Assembly: GCA_963713045.1 (NCBI GenBank)
Contig: CAVQKE010000004.1
Location: 192,001 to 256,000 of the forward strand
Direction: 5' to 3'
Source: an uncultured delta proteobacterium
Lineage (GTDB): Bacteria; Myxococcota; Myxococcia; Myxococcales; Myxococcaceae
DNA length: 64,000 nt
The notes below the pieces were generated by a model. That model saw only the letters and a list, made by a program, of their open reading frames with translations, was not told the origin of the DNA and did no database searches. A program made the translations under genes and the position numbers. Below are positions 40,721 through 51,345 of the stretch, piece after piece; the stretch's first letter is position 1, and each line of letters begins with the position of its first letter.

Positions 40721-41458
40721 ATGCTGATTCAACTCCAGGACATCAAGCGCTACTACCGGGTCGGCTCCGAAGAAGTGCATGCCCTGGACGGTGTCTCCCT
40801 CTCCATCGGAAAGGGAGAGTGGACTTCCATCATCGGCCAGTCTGGCTCCGGCAAAAGCACGCTGATGAATGTCCTCGGCTGCCTCGACACGCCCACCGCC
40901 GGCCGGTACATCCTCAACGGCAAGGACGTCAGCGGGATGTCGGACAACGCGCTGGCCGACGTCCGCAACCGGGAGATTGGCTTCATCTTCCAGACATTTC
41001 AGCTGCTCCCGCGGGAGACCGCCCAGGCCAACGTCGAGCTACCGCTGGTGTACCGTGGCTTACGCTCGCGGGAACGCCACCAGCGAGCCGCCGCAGCACT
41101 GGACAAAGTCGGGCTGGCCAACCGAGTCCACCATCGCCCCAATGAATTGTCCGGTGGGCAACGCCAACGGGTGGCCATCGCCCGGGCCCTGGTGACCGAG
41201 CCGTCCTTGCTGTTGGCGGACGAGCCCACCGGAAACCTCGATTCGGCCACCGGCGAGGAGATTATTCGCCTCTTCGAGCAGCTGCACGCCGCGGGGCACA
41301 CCCTGGTGCTGGTCACCCATGAGCCGTCCATCGCCGCCCGCTGCCCACGGGCGGTCCGTTTGATGGACGGCAAGGTGGTGTCCGATGGACCTGGAGCGCA
41401 GGTGGCGCTCGAGAGTCGGGCAGAGCGCGCGCGGGCCGCTGCCGCCGCTGCCCCGTGA
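40721..41458 (+). CDS. ABC transporter ATP-binding protein (MacB/LolD type)
   Basis: [30 protein letters not shown]. Confidence 0.95.
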   Translation: MLIQLQDIKRYYRVGSEEVHALDGVSLSIGKGEWTSIIGQSGSGKSTLMNVLGCLDTPTAGRYILNGKDVSGMSDNALADVRNREIGFIFQTFQLLPRETAQANVELPLVYRGLRSRERHQRAAAALDKVGLANRVHHRPNELSGGQRQRVAIARALVTEPSLLLADEPTGNLDSATGEEIIRLFEQLHAAGHTLVLVTHEPSIAARCPRAVRLMDGKVVSDGPGAQVALESRAERARAAAAAAP

Positions 41459-42684
41459 AGCCCAGCACCGAACTCTACGAAGGTAGCCGACTGGCGGTCG
41501 GCTCCCTCCGCGCCAACCCGCTGCGGACCATTCTCACGGTGGCCGCGGTGGGCATCGGTGTGGCCACCCTGTTGGCCATCATCGCCATCATCCAGGGGCT
41601 GAATGCCTCCTTTGCTCGACAGCTGGCGAGCCTCGGCACCAGCACCCTCAACATCTCGCGCACGCCGCAGATTTCGATGGGACCGACTTGGTGGATGTAC
41701 CGCAACCGCAAGCAGCTGACGGTGGCGCAGATGCAGGCCATCGCCAGCCAGTCCCAGTTCGCGAGCTTCGTCGTTCCAGAGCTCAACGAGGAAGCCAAGG
41801 ACTTGAGTAGCCGGAAGGAAACCGCTTCCGGCGTCGACGTGACGGGGACTCTCGCCGAATTCCAGCGAATCGGCGGCTACGAAGTCACCCAAGGCCGCTT
41901 CATCACCGACGCCGACAGCGACAATGAGCGATTTGTGATGGTCCTCGGCTCGCAAGTGGCGGAAACCCTTTTCCCAGACCGGAGTCCGATTGGTGAGAAC
42001 GTCCGCCTGGACAACCGGCCGTACCGGGTGGTGGGGGTGCTCGCCCGCAAGGGCCAGCTGCTGGGGCAAAGCCTGGACCTGGTGGCCTTCGTCCCCTTCA
42101 AGAGTTTTTTGAGTGTCTACGGCAAGCGCGACTTTCAAATCGACGTCGCCGTCGATGACCCCAAGGACATGGACCGGGCGGAGGACGAAATTACCGGCAT
42201 CCTCCGGCGGGCGCGCAACGTGCCGGCGGACAAGCCGGAGGACTTCAGCATCTTTCGAGCCGAACAGCTGGCCGACACCTACCGCAGCCTGACCGGTGCG
42301 CTGTATGGGGTGGCGGTCGCGGTGGGCGTCATCACCCTCATCGTCGGCGGCATCGGCATCATGAACATCATGCTGGTCAGCGTGCGCGAGCGCACCCGAG
42401 AGATTGGCGTCCGACGGGCGCTGGGGGCACGCCGGCGCACCATCGTCATCCAATTCCTCCTCGAGGCCTCGACGGTGTCGGCGCTGGGGGGCGTGCTGGG
42501 GACGGCGCTGGGCCTTGGTCTGGCCAAGCTGGTGGCCAGTGTCACCAGCCTCACCGCGGCGGTGGAGCCGCTGACGGTGGTGGCCGGGGTGGGCTTCGCC
42601 GCCAGCGTGGGCCTGATTTTTGGAATCTGGCCGGCGGCCCGCGCCGCGCAGCTCGACCCGGTGGAGGCGTTGCGGCACGAATGA
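41455..42684 (+). CDS. ABC transporter permease (MacB/FtsX-like)
   Basis: [43 protein letters not shown]. Confidence 0.93.
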   Translation: MKPSTELYEGSRLAVGSLRANPLRTILTVAAVGIGVATLLAIIAIIQGLNASFARQLASLGTSTLNISRTPQISMGPTWWMYRNRKQLTVAQMQAIASQSQFASFVVPELNEEAKDLSSRKETASGVDVTGTLAEFQRIGGYEVTQGRFITDADSDNERFVMVLGSQVAETLFPDRSPIGENVRLDNRPYRVVGVLARKGQLLGQSLDLVAFVPFKSFLSVYGKRDFQIDVAVDDPKDMDRAEDEITGILRRARNVPADKPEDFSIFRAEQLADTYRSLTGALYGVAVAVGVITLIVGGIGIMNIMLVSVRERTREIGVRRALGARRRTIVIQFLLEASTVSALGGVLGTALGLGLAKLVASVTSLTAAVEPLTVVAGVGFAASVGLIFGIWPAARAAQLDPVEALRHE

Positions 42685-43928
42685 GGGCGCTTTTAGGCTT
42701 CTTGGACAACGTCCGGCTCGCCTTCGGGACCCTCTGGGTGAACCCGCTGCGCTCGCTGTTGACGCTGTTGGGCGTCGTCATCGGCGTCGCCACCGTGGTG
42801 TCGATGATGGCGCTCATCGAAGGGCTGCGGCTGAAAGTCACGCGCGACCTGGCCACGCTCGGCGCAAACGCCTTCACCGTCTCCAAGTGGCCGGGCGGCA
42901 TCAACTTCGGACGAATGGACTGGCGGCATTACCAAGCGCGTCCGGCCTTCCGTCTGGCGGACGTCCAACTCATCCGCGACGCCTGTCCGGCGGTGAAGAC
43001 GGCATCCGGGCAGGCCGTCTTCGGACTCTACAAGGTGGCCAGCGACCGCGCGGAGACGTCCCCCAACGTCTTCACCATGGGCGGCACCGCCGAGTGGATT
43101 GATACCAGTGGTGTCATCGGCATTGCCGACGGCCGTTTCTTCAGCCCCAGCGAAGTGGAGGAGGAGCGCCCGGTGGTGGTGCTGGGGACGGAGGTGGCGG
43201 CCCAGCTTTTCCCCGGGGAGAGCCCCTTGGGTGAGACGGTGCGGGTCGGGGGAAAGCTGCTGCGGGTGGTGGGCGTGTTGAGCAAGCGGGGCAAGTTTCT
43301 CGGCCTCTTCAACATGGACAATCTGGTGGTGCTTCCCCTGACCACCGCCTTGGACGCCTATGGCAAGGACCACGGCGTCCGCATCAACGTCATGGCCGAC
43401 GGGCCAGAGATGGTGCAGAGGGCGCAGGACGAGGTGACGGCGGTGCTGCGACGGCGGCGGGACGTCCCGCCTGGGGCGCCCAACAACTTCGAGATTGACA
43501 CCAACGAATCTGTCACTCGGACATTCAACAACCTCAGCCAAGTCATCACCGCCGCCGGGGTCGGAATCTGCCTCTTGTCCCTGGTGGTGGGAGGCATTGG
43601 CATCCTCAACATCATGCTGGTGTCGGTGACGGAGCGCACCGTGGAAATCGGCATCCGCAAGGCGCTGGGGGCCAAGCGGGCGAGAATCCTCGGGCAGTTC
43701 GCCATCGAGGCTGTCACCCTGTCCTTCGTGGGCGGGGTGATTGGCCTGGTGCTTGGCTTCGGGATTGCCTTTTTGGCCCGCTGGGCTTTGGGCTTCCCCA
43801 CCATGGTGCCGACTTGGGCGGTGGCGTTGGCCTTGGCGATGAGCAGCGGCGTGGGCCTCGTCTTCGGCATTTACCCGGCGGCGCGGGCGGCGCGACTCGA
43901 CCCGGTGGAAGCGATGCGCATGGAGTAG
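42681..43928 (+). CDS. ABC transporter permease (MacB/FtsX-like), second paralogue
   Basis: GGIGILNIMLVSVTERTVEIGIRKALGA; PAARAARLDPVEAMR. Confidence 0.93.
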   Translation: MRALLGFLDNVRLAFGTLWVNPLRSLLTLLGVVIGVATVVSMMALIEGLRLKVTRDLATLGANAFTVSKWPGGINFGRMDWRHYQARPAFRLADVQLIRDACPAVKTASGQAVFGLYKVASDRAETSPNVFTMGGTAEWIDTSGVIGIADGRFFSPSEVEEERPVVVLGTEVAAQLFPGESPLGETVRVGGKLLRVVGVLSKRGKFLGLFNMDNLVVLPLTTALDAYGKDHGVRINVMADGPEMVQRAQDEVTAVLRRRRDVPPGAPNNFEIDTNESVTRTFNNLSQVITAAGVGICLLSLVVGGIGILNIMLVSVTERTVEIGIRKALGAKRARILGQFAIEAVTLSFVGGVIGLVLGFGIAFLARWALGFPTMVPTWAVALALAMSSGVGLVFGIYPAARAARLDPVEAMRME

Positions 43929-43942
43929 GCTGGCGGGCTGCG

Positions 43943-45448
43943 GTGAGCGTCGAGCTGCCCTGGCGTGGGCTTGGATTGAGCAGCAACCTCGCTGCCCGCG
44001 AGGTGCCGCAGCCCTGGGCGCTGCTGCAGGCCCAGCCCGGCGTCTTTGACGTGGTGGAATACTCGGCGCCACTGGACATCGCCCAGGCGCGTCGGGAGGC
44101 CTCCCTCTTCGAGGTGTTGTGGGAGGCGCGTCACCGGGTGCCGGTGCTTTTCCACCCGGTGCACCTCAACCTCTACGGCCCCGACCTAGAAGAAGCCTCG
44201 GCCCTCCGCCACTTGGACGCCCAGGCGCGGGCGGTGGGCTCGGCCTGGGTGGGCAACGACGTCGGTTGGTGGCACTCATCCGGGCAGCAGTTGCCGGGCT
44301 ACCTGTACCTGCCGCCACCGCTGTCGGCCCTCGGATTGGCCGACGCGGCGGCGCACGCCGCCCACGTGCAGGCCCATCTCTCGGTGCCCCTCGTCCTGGA
44401 AAACCCGGTCATCGGCTGGCGGCGCGGAAACCTACATGTCCTGGACTTCATGGCAGCGCTCCACCAGCGCACCGGCTGCCCGCTGCTGCTGGACTTGGGA
44501 CACCTGTTGTCCGCGCAGCTTGCTTCCGGCCTTCCGCTGACCGCCGGCCTGGCCGGTTTTCCACTGTCGGCGGTGGTGGAGGTGCATCTTGCCGGCGGCG
44601 TCCTGACGCGCAGCGCCTCGGGCCGCGGCTTCTACGCCGATGACCACACCCAGCCGGTGCGGGAGGAGCTTTTCTCCCTGTTGGCGGAGCTCCTCCCGAA
44701 ACTGACCTCGCTGCGGGCCCTCATCTTCGAGGGAGATGGCCACCCAGCGGAGCTGGCCGCCCGGACGCTGCGGCGGCTGCGCGCCCTGTGGCCGGCGCGA
44801 AACCTGACGCCACTGCCCTGGCCGGGGGGCACGCTGGCCGGTGGGGGGCCTTGGGGGGCAAGCGCGCCGTGGATGCTGTTTGAAGCGGCCTATGGTGCTT
44901 CTCCCCAGCAGGTGGAGGACGCTGAAGGCCTCGCCGCGGAGAGGAGCTACCGGCTTGCGGTACTGGCCGACGTCCTGGACGGCAGCTGGCCGCTGTCACG
45001 TCTCATGGTTGCCGGGAGGCGAGAACAGCTGGAGGCCTTCGCAGCCTCGGGGCAGTTCCGCGCCTTCTGGCAAAAGGGAGGGACGGCCAGCGCAGCCTTC
45101 GGGGCATGGGCTCGCGCCCGGGTGCTGGCGCATCCGGAGCCAGCGGCAGTGACGGCCCTCGCCTTTGACACCTGGGCCCAGGCCGTGGCCGCGGGCTTTG
45201 GACGGGGCACCTTCGCGGTGGACTTGTCCGAGGCACTTTTCGCCGCCCGGGCGCTGCGCCGTCATTTGGGGACGCGGGCCTGGGCCACGGGGGTGGTGGA
45301 AACAAGTGGGCTGTCGGGGCTGGCGCAGGTGGTGGCCCGCGCTCCCCAGCAGCCTTGGGACGTCCGCGCGGTGTGGGAGGGAGGACGACTTGCGCTCGCC
45401 GGCGGCCGAAACGTGGAAGCGCAGGCCGAAAATGGCGATGCTGGCTGA
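43943..45448 (+). CDS. DUF692 / multinuclear non-heme iron oxidative enzyme (MNIO) family with C-terminal extension
   Basis: GLGL, HPVHLNL, LENP, LLLDLGH, EVHLAGG, DDH..PV, FEGD metal-ligand pattern. Confidence 0.78.
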   Translation: MSVELPWRGLGLSSNLAAREVPQPWALLQAQPGVFDVVEYSAPLDIAQARREASLFEVLWEARHRVPVLFHPVHLNLYGPDLEEASALRHLDAQARAVGSAWVGNDVGWWHSSGQQLPGYLYLPPPLSALGLADAAAHAAHVQAHLSVPLVLENPVIGWRRGNLHVLDFMAALHQRTGCPLLLDLGHLLSAQLASGLPLTAGLAGFPLSAVVEVHLAGGVLTRSASGRGFYADDHTQPVREELFSLLAELLPKLTSLRALIFEGDGHPAELAARTLRRLRALWPARNLTPLPWPGGTLAGGGPWGASAPWMLFEAAYGASPQQVEDAEGLAAERSYRLAVLADVLDGSWPLSRLMVAGRREQLEAFAASGQFRAFWQKGGTASAAFGAWARARVLAHPEPAAVTALAFDTWAQAVAAGFGRGTFAVDLSEALFAARALRRHLGTRAWATGVVETSGLSGLAQVVARAPQQPWDVRAVWEGGRLALAGGRNVEAQAENGDAG

Positions 45449-45481
45449 CGTCGCCCGCTGCCCACAGGGAGTTCTCCGCGC

Positions 45482-46474
45482 ATGAGTCGAAACGCCTTTC
45501 TCCTCTTTCTCCTCGTCATCGGTGGGTTGAGCGCGGTGGGCATTGTGGGCTGGCGCCGCGAGGAGGCCCAGCAACTGGCCTTGCAGCGGGACTTGGCAGC
45601 CGCCCGGCTGCGGGGCGACGCCCTGGAGCGCCTGGGGTGGATTCGTTCCATTCCCGACGAGAAGCAGTACCAGGAGGAAGTGCAGTCCTTCTTCAAATGG
45701 TACTTCGAGGGCGTCGACGCCTACCGAAAACGCTTCAACTTGAGCCCGGCCTTCGATGAATACCTCGGGACGCTGGAGCGCCGAAAGGCGGAGGAGAAGG
45801 AGCTGGAGAACTTGCCCGCCCTCCCCGACGGCAGGCGTGCCGTTGCGCCAGGCTCCCGCACGGTGGACCGCAAGGCCTTCTACGACGCGGAGAAGTCCCT
45901 CTTTGACCGGATGCACACCGGCCGCTACCTCCCCATCTTCTCCGGCACCGACAAGGGAATGCGGCTGGACGTGGTGTCCGCGGACGTCAGCGCCGCCGGG
46001 GGGCGACCGCGCGTCCGTCTGCCGCTGGTGCTGTGGGGCGCGCAGCGCTACACCAAGGACGACGACCGCTCCGGCGTGAAACGCGTCGTCACCTCCGCTG
46101 ACATCTCCGCTACCTTTCGTCTCCTCGACTCGACTGGAAAGCTGGTGGCGGAGATGTCCGCCGGCTCACCGGGGCAGAAGAACGAATACCCCGAGGGGCT
46201 GATTGCCGAGTTTCCGCCGCAGCTGGTGCTGGCGCAGTACGAATTTGACCGCGTTCCAGCGGGCGTGGCCAAGATGGAGGCCACCTTCAGCGTGCGTTCC
46301 CATGCCCCCAGCGGTGGGGACGCCAACGCCACCTACACCTGGCGCACCTCCGTCCCCGAGGAGTGGCGCCTTGGGCCCGGGGAAACGTGGGAGGGCGCCC
46401 AGGAAAGCGTCCGCAGCCTGGAAGACATCGAGCCACCCAAGCCGCCCAAGCCGGCTGCCAAGCCCAAGCCCTGA
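45482..46474 (+). CDS. Membrane-anchored hypothetical protein
   Basis: 330 aa ORF, N-terminal TM, coding-like codon use. Confidence 0.7.
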   Translation: MSRNAFLLFLLVIGGLSAVGIVGWRREEAQQLALQRDLAAARLRGDALERLGWIRSIPDEKQYQEEVQSFFKWYFEGVDAYRKRFNLSPAFDEYLGTLERRKAEEKELENLPALPDGRRAVAPGSRTVDRKAFYDAEKSLFDRMHTGRYLPIFSGTDKGMRLDVVSADVSAAGGRPRVRLPLVLWGAQRYTKDDDRSGVKRVVTSADISATFRLLDSTGKLVAEMSAGSPGQKNEYPEGLIAEFPPQLVLAQYEFDRVPAGVAKMEATFSVRSHAPSGGDANATYTWRTSVPEEWRLGPGETWEGAQESVRSLEDIEPPKPPKPAAKPKP

Positions 46475-46498
46475 TGCACGGGGTCGGCCGAGGCGGGG

Positions 46499-48652
46499 CT
46501 ACTCCACCACGCCCAGGCTTGCGCCCAGCTTCCAGACGGTGAGGTCGCCGGCCGCGTCCAGGGCGGCAATGTCCAGTGCCTCGGTGGCGCTCAGCGCGTG
46601 GAGACCGCCCGCGGCTGGAATGTCTGCCACCAGCCGTCCGGAGCGCGCATCCAGGGCGCGGATGGTTTCCCCCGGCACCAGCAGCACCCGGCGTTGAAGG
46701 ACGGCGGAAGCCGCCGAATGCAAGCGCTGGCCCCCCAGCCGCCAGTCCAGCCGCCCATGGGAGTCCACGCGGAGGGCCGAACCATCGGCGGCGGCGGCCA
46801 GCGAGGCGTCGCCATCTGCGTGCAGCGTCCATGGCCCCGGGCCAAGCGGCAGCGAACGTTCCCACAGGGTGGCCCCACGGCGGCCGAGGCACAAAAGGAA
46901 GGGGATGCCGTCCCGGTGCCCCAAAAGGCGCAGGCGGCCACCGCGGGCCAGTGGTGGCGCGGCGGCCGCGAGCGGAAACTCCCGAAGCCAGCGCACCCTG
47001 CCGTCGTGGGCGTCAAACACCAGCAACGCCAAACGCTCTCCTCGGCCGAGGGCCACCACGGCCGCGCCGCCCCAAGGCAGCGCCGGACCAAGGCAGGGCA
47101 GCGCGCCGGCAATGCGAAAGCGCACCGAGCCCTGCTCGACGTCCAGCCCGTGCACCGTCCCAGACTCGGAAGCGACCAGGACGCGCTCCGAATGGAAGCT
47201 GAGGAAGAGGCGGTGGGGGCGCTGCGGCACAAAGCGCCACAATTCGCGGCCGGTGAGGCGGTGGACGGCGCGCACGCCGCTGGGCCGGGTGTTGACGACC
47301 AGTTGGCCGTCCGCCACCAAAAGACGTCCGTCCAGCTGCGCCCCGTCGTGGTCTCGAAACCACCGGGCGTCGCTTTGGTCGAGGTGAATGAAGAGCCAGC
47401 GCGCCGGCGTGGCCAACAGGGCTTCCAACCCGGGCCCGACGGCCACGCCGTTCGGTGCCATCCAGCGCTGGAGGACGGCGCCGTCGCCCCGCACCACGAC
47501 GGCGCGGGTGGGGCTGGTGAGGACGAAGTCCTCTCCGAGGGTGCGCAGGGCGGACCCGCCGTCGCCGGCGACGCCTTTCGCCCGGCCCCGGCGCAGAAAG
47601 CCGAGCCGCCGGACGGCGGCGCCCGGCTGCAAATCTGCGGTGGGCCGGCGCCGTGGAGGGCGCCGCGGAGGCGGTGGCTCCTCGGTCGGCCGCGCGACCA
47701 GCCCACGCGCGGCGGCCAGCACCGAGCGGCCACGCGCGGTGAAGTCGATGAGGTAACGGTTGTCCGCGAGCCGGGGGTCAAGCGAAGCCAGCAGAGAGGT
47801 GAGGCCCAGCGCCGGGGCCACCATCGCCTCGGCCACTTCCGCCGCCGGCCATGCCAGGGCCCAGCCGACCGTCCGAACGCCGCCGGTGCGGAGCTCCAGT
47901 TGCCAAGGGGGCGGCATGCCCGCTGGGGAAAGATGCAGCGTCCGTTCGCCCGCCTCGAGGGCGCGCACCACGTCCTCGGCTTGCCGCAACAGTTCCAGTG
48001 CAAGCAGCCCTGCCAGTCCCCGTGCCTCCCAGCTGGCACCATCGCGAGACACCAGCTGCAGCTGGCCTGCCAGCGCCAGCAGCGCCACCGGCACCGGCGC
48101 TCGCCGCTGTTCGGCTTGCAGAAAGCCCTCGACGTCCGCCGCTTGGAAACGAAAGCCTGGAAGCGTCCGCGGCTCCACGCGCAGTCCCCAGCCGGGGGCC
48201 AACGCCTGGAGGGCGGGCGGCTCGCGGTCGGCTTGCGCCAGCAGCCGGCGCGCTTTGGCCCGCACCCGCGCTGGCACCCGCGTCGCCCGCAAGTCTTCAA
48301 TCCACCCGCGACCGGCACGCACCACCGCGCGGCGCCAAGCCTCCGTCTCCAACGTCACCGGCGGCCGCACCGCCCCAGCCGGCCGGCCAAGACGCAGGAC
48401 GTGCAGGTGAAGCTGCTCAGCCTTGCGGACCAGCAGAAGCTCCTGGGAAGACTCCGGCAGCGACACCTGGGCCAGCGGCTGTCCAGCGGCCAGCGCCGCG
48501 GTCGCCAAAAGCAGCTGCTCCATCACGATGCCCAGGGGCTCCTCGCTTGCCCCGGGGACGAGGGCCAGGCCGTCCAATTCCAGCCCAAAGCCGTCCAGGG
48601 CCTCCTCGGCCCCCTCGTGCTTCCAATGCTGTCCGATTCGGATGCGAAGCAT
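46499..48652 (-). CDS. Protein with C-terminal PQQ-like beta-propeller repeats
   Basis: Repeated A.D...G...W blades (AVHRLTGRELWRF, GLDVEQGSVRF, FDAHDGRVRW, ALDARSG). Confidence 0.75.
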   Translation of the reverse strand: MLRIRIGQHWKHEGAEEALDGFGLELDGLALVPGASEEPLGIVMEQLLLATAALAAGQPLAQVSLPESSQELLLVRKAEQLHLHVLRLGRPAGAVRPPVTLETEAWRRAVVRAGRGWIEDLRATRVPARVRAKARRLLAQADREPPALQALAPGWGLRVEPRTLPGFRFQAADVEGFLQAEQRRAPVPVALLALAGQLQLVSRDGASWEARGLAGLLALELLRQAEDVVRALEAGERTLHLSPAGMPPPWQLELRTGGVRTVGWALAWPAAEVAEAMVAPALGLTSLLASLDPRLADNRYLIDFTARGRSVLAAARGLVARPTEEPPPPRRPPRRRPTADLQPGAAVRRLGFLRRGRAKGVAGDGGSALRTLGEDFVLTSPTRAVVVRGDGAVLQRWMAPNGVAVGPGLEALLATPARWLFIHLDQSDARWFRDHDGAQLDGRLLVADGQLVVNTRPSGVRAVHRLTGRELWRFVPQRPHRLFLSFHSERVLVASESGTVHGLDVEQGSVRFRIAGALPCLGPALPWGGAAVVALGRGERLALLVFDAHDGRVRWLREFPLAAAAPPLARGGRLRLLGHRDGIPFLLCLGRRGATLWERSLPLGPGPWTLHADGDASLAAAADGSALRVDSHGRLDWRLGGQRLHSAASAVLQRRVLLVPGETIRALDARSGRLVADIPAAGGLHALSATEALDIAALDAAGDLTVWKLGASLGVVE

Positions 48653-48688
48653 GCTACGGACACTGCTGGGCCAGCCCTGTGGCTCGAA

Positions 48689-48718
48689 TTGACACTTAGC
48701 GACGGCGCCCGGTACCGT
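48689..48718 (+). promoter_or_regulatory. Sigma70-like promoter (TTGACA-N18-TACCGT)
   Basis: Perfect -35 at 48689-48694 and TAnnnT -10 at 48713-48718, upstream of the ATG at 48768. Confidence 0.55.
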
Positions 48719-48767
48719 GCGCCCCTTTGCTTCCGCAGGCCAATGCCGCGGAACTGCTTGGATTTCT

Positions 48768-50405
48768 ATGACATTTTACGAAGCTGCCATCCGTGTGCTG
48801 GAGGCGGAGAAGCGTCCACTGACCACCCAGGAGATTACCGAACGCTCCATCGCCCAGGGCCTCCTCAGTCACGTCGGCAAAAACCCGGCCGAAACCCTGC
48901 GCTCCCGCCTGGCGGTGATGTCCCGGCGAACCAGAGACCGCCGGGTCAGTGTGGTGGGGGAGGACACCTTTGCCTTGGTGGAGTGGGGCTTGCCGGAGGA
49001 CGCCGACGCCCTGGCCCGCATGGGCCAGCCGGACGAGGCGCCGCCGCCCGAAGAGACAGCGCCCCTGCGCAGCGTGGAGCGCCACCCGGAAGCCCGCTCC
49101 GAGGGTGTCCGCGCGGCCAGGCAGGAGCGCCATGGGCGGCGCCACGAGCGGGAGCGTGACCGCGGCGCCCGTCGCCGGCTGGCCCCGCTGGAGGAGGTGG
49201 CCTTCGAGTTGCTCGGCGAGGCCACCGAGCCCCTGACGCCGACGGCGCTGCTGGAGCGCGCCGTGGGGCGAGACCTGGCCTTACCGCACACGACAGTCGC
49301 CACGCTGCTGACCGCGCTGGTGACGGAAAACCAGCGCCGCATCGACGCCGGTCGACTGGGACAATTGGCGCTGCTTCAGGACGGGAACCTGGCCGTGGAC
49401 CGCTCCGCGACGCCGCCCGCCGAGTTGCAGGCGGCCTTTGCCGGCGCGTTGGGACTGCCGATGGCCGAGGGGCGCGTGGTGCTGGACACGGCGAAGCCGG
49501 TGGAGGCGGGCGCCGAGGCGGCAGTCGTCTCTGCCGCGAGACAGGCAGTCCGGGAGGCGCGTCGGGCCATCGCCCGCGCCCTGCGTTCCCAACTGGCCTC
49601 CTTGGACGTGGGCACCTTCGAGCGGGCCTGCATCAAAATGCTGCACGGACTGAGCTTCCGTGAGTTGAAGGTGGTGAGGCGCGGCAAGGAAGGCCCCGTC
49701 ATCACCGCGCGGCGACGGGATGGAAGCCTCGAGCTGCGCTATGCCATCCGCGTCCTGAAGGGAGGCGGGGGAGTCGACCGGCGCATCATCCAGGACTGCC
49801 GGCGCGACCTTGGCCACCACGGCGCCCATCTCGGGCTGGTGCTGGCCAGCGGCGACGCCCGGGGCGAGGCCCGCAGCGAGGCCGTCGCGCCAGCGGGGCT
49901 GGTGCTGCTGTGGTGCGGTGAAGGGTTGGCAGACAAATTCCTCGAAGCGCACGCTGGCGTGCGGGTGACGCACGGTGAGCTGTTCGAGATGGACCCCCTG
50001 TTTTTCCAGTCGGCGGCCCGGGTGGCAGCCGAGGTAAAAGAGCGCCGCGAGGAGCGCCGCCGCGAGCGCGCCGGGCAAGACGAGGGGGAGGACACGCCGA
50101 AGGGTGACGAGGCGGAGGCTGCACCGGCGGAGAGTGGCGAGGCGGCTGCGGGGACCAGCGAGGCGGCGCCGGCGGGGCCGGAGGGCGAGGCCGGCGCCGA
50201 GCGCAAGCGCCGGCGGCGGCGCCGGCGAGGGCGGCGAGGCCGGGGACCGCGGCCGGGCGAGGCCGTTTCGGCGGCCACGGGTCCCGCCAGAGAGGAAGCC
50301 CTCACCCCTGTGGATTCTGCCCCGCCTGCGGCCGACGGCCCTCAGGCGCCAAGCGTCGCCGAGCCGCCGCCCACCACTGCGGCGAGCGAGGGCGGCGGGC
50401 AGTAG
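48768..50405 (+). CDS. HARE-HTH protein with Mrr-like restriction-endonuclease-fold domain and charged tail
   Basis: MTFYEAAIRVLE..KRPLTTQEIT...GKNPAETLRSRL; LDVGTFERAC..ML...F (Mrr_cat-like); poly-Arg RKRRRRRRRGRRGRG. Confidence 0.75.
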   Translation: MTFYEAAIRVLEAEKRPLTTQEITERSIAQGLLSHVGKNPAETLRSRLAVMSRRTRDRRVSVVGEDTFALVEWGLPEDADALARMGQPDEAPPPEETAPLRSVERHPEARSEGVRAARQERHGRRHERERDRGARRRLAPLEEVAFELLGEATEPLTPTALLERAVGRDLALPHTTVATLLTALVTENQRRIDAGRLGQLALLQDGNLAVDRSATPPAELQAAFAGALGLPMAEGRVVLDTAKPVEAGAEAAVVSAARQAVREARRAIARALRSQLASLDVGTFERACIKMLHGLSFRELKVVRRGKEGPVITARRRDGSLELRYAIRVLKGGGGVDRRIIQDCRRDLGHHGAHLGLVLASGDARGEARSEAVAPAGLVLLWCGEGLADKFLEAHAGVRVTHGELFEMDPLFFQSAARVAAEVKERREERRRERAGQDEGEDTPKGDEAEAAPAESGEAAAGTSEAAPAGPEGEAGAERKRRRRRRRGRRGRGPRPGEAVSAATGPAREEALTPVDSAPPAADGPQAPSVAEPPPTTAASEGGGQ

Positions 50406-50415
50406 AGTTGAAGGC

Positions 50416-51345
50416 GTGACGAGGGTTTGGCCGCCGCTGTTGGGAATCGGACTGGCCGTCCTGGCGGGTTGTAAGCCGCGGCCGCACCTGGTTGAGCGGG
50501 TGGACGTCGTCTCGGCCTCGGTGGTGGACGTTCCGCTCCTCGGGACGTCAGCCCCCAAGCTGCAGGAAGACTTCACCCGGCGCGTCGCCGCCGAGCCGCG
50601 CCTTCAGCTGCTGGCGCCGGGAGCCCGGCCGCCGGATGGCGTGCCGCTGGTCCGGCTGGTGCTGGAGTTGTCCGGAGTGCGTGAGGTGCTGCGGCCGGGG
50701 CGGGACGGGCCGGAGGTGGAGGTGGTGGCCGACCTCACCTTGCGCCGCAAGAGTGAAGCCGGTTCTGAGCGACATGAATTGTGGGCCTCCGGGTTGGCAC
50801 GGCCGGTGGGAGAGACGTTTGAGGACCGGCAGGAGGCGGCTCGCCGCGCGTTGGACCAAGCCCTCGAGGACTTGGTGCATGGGGCGCGTGCCCAACTCGA
50901 CGCGCTGGACCGTAGCGATGCCGTGCTGGTGCAGGACTTAACCTCCCGGGACGTCCGAGTCCGCGACGCCGCGCTGGACGTCTTGGCCGCCCGGAAGAAC
51001 CCACGTGTCGTCCCCTTCCTGGTGGAGCGGCTTCAGTCCGATGACCCGCTGTTGGTGCGGCGTGCGATGGGAGCGCTGGTGGAAATGCGTGCCACGCAGG
51101 CCGTGCCCGCGTTGATTGACTTGGCACGGGGCAAGGACGAGGGCTTCCAGCGGGAACTGGTCTTCGCCCTGGGGGCCATCGGCGGCGATGAAACGCGGGC
51201 CTACCTGTACACGGTGGCCCAAGGCCATGACAGTCCGGAGGTGCGCGAGGCCGCGCAACGCGCCTTGGACGAGTTGACGCACCGCGAGGCGCTCGCCCCG
51301 AAGGAGGGCGCCTCGGTCGAGGCCAAACGAGGCCAGAGCCAGTGA
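50416..51345 (+). CDS. HEAT-repeat lipoprotein
   Basis: LAGC lipobox; VRDAALDVLA, DPLLVRRAMGAL, AVPALI, VREAAQRAL. Confidence 0.8.
   Translation: MTRVWPPLLGIGLAVLAGCKPRPHLVERVDVVSASVVDVPLLGTSAPKLQEDFTRRVAAEPRLQLLAPGARPPDGVPLVRLVLELSGVREVLRPGRDGPEVEVVADLTLRRKSEAGSERHELWASGLARPVGETFEDRQEAARRALDQALEDLVHGARAQLDALDRSDAVLVQDLTSRDVRVRDAALDVLAARKNPRVVPFLVERLQSDDPLLVRRAMGALVEMRATQAVPALIDLARGKDEGFQRELVFALGAIGGDETRAYLYTVAQGHDSPEVREAAQRALDELTHREALAPKEGASVEAKRGQSQ

Noticed and set aside
46598..49159. 853 aa ORF on the + strand
   Set aside because: Antisense shadow of the PQQ-repeat gene; no motifs, expected in high-GC DNA.
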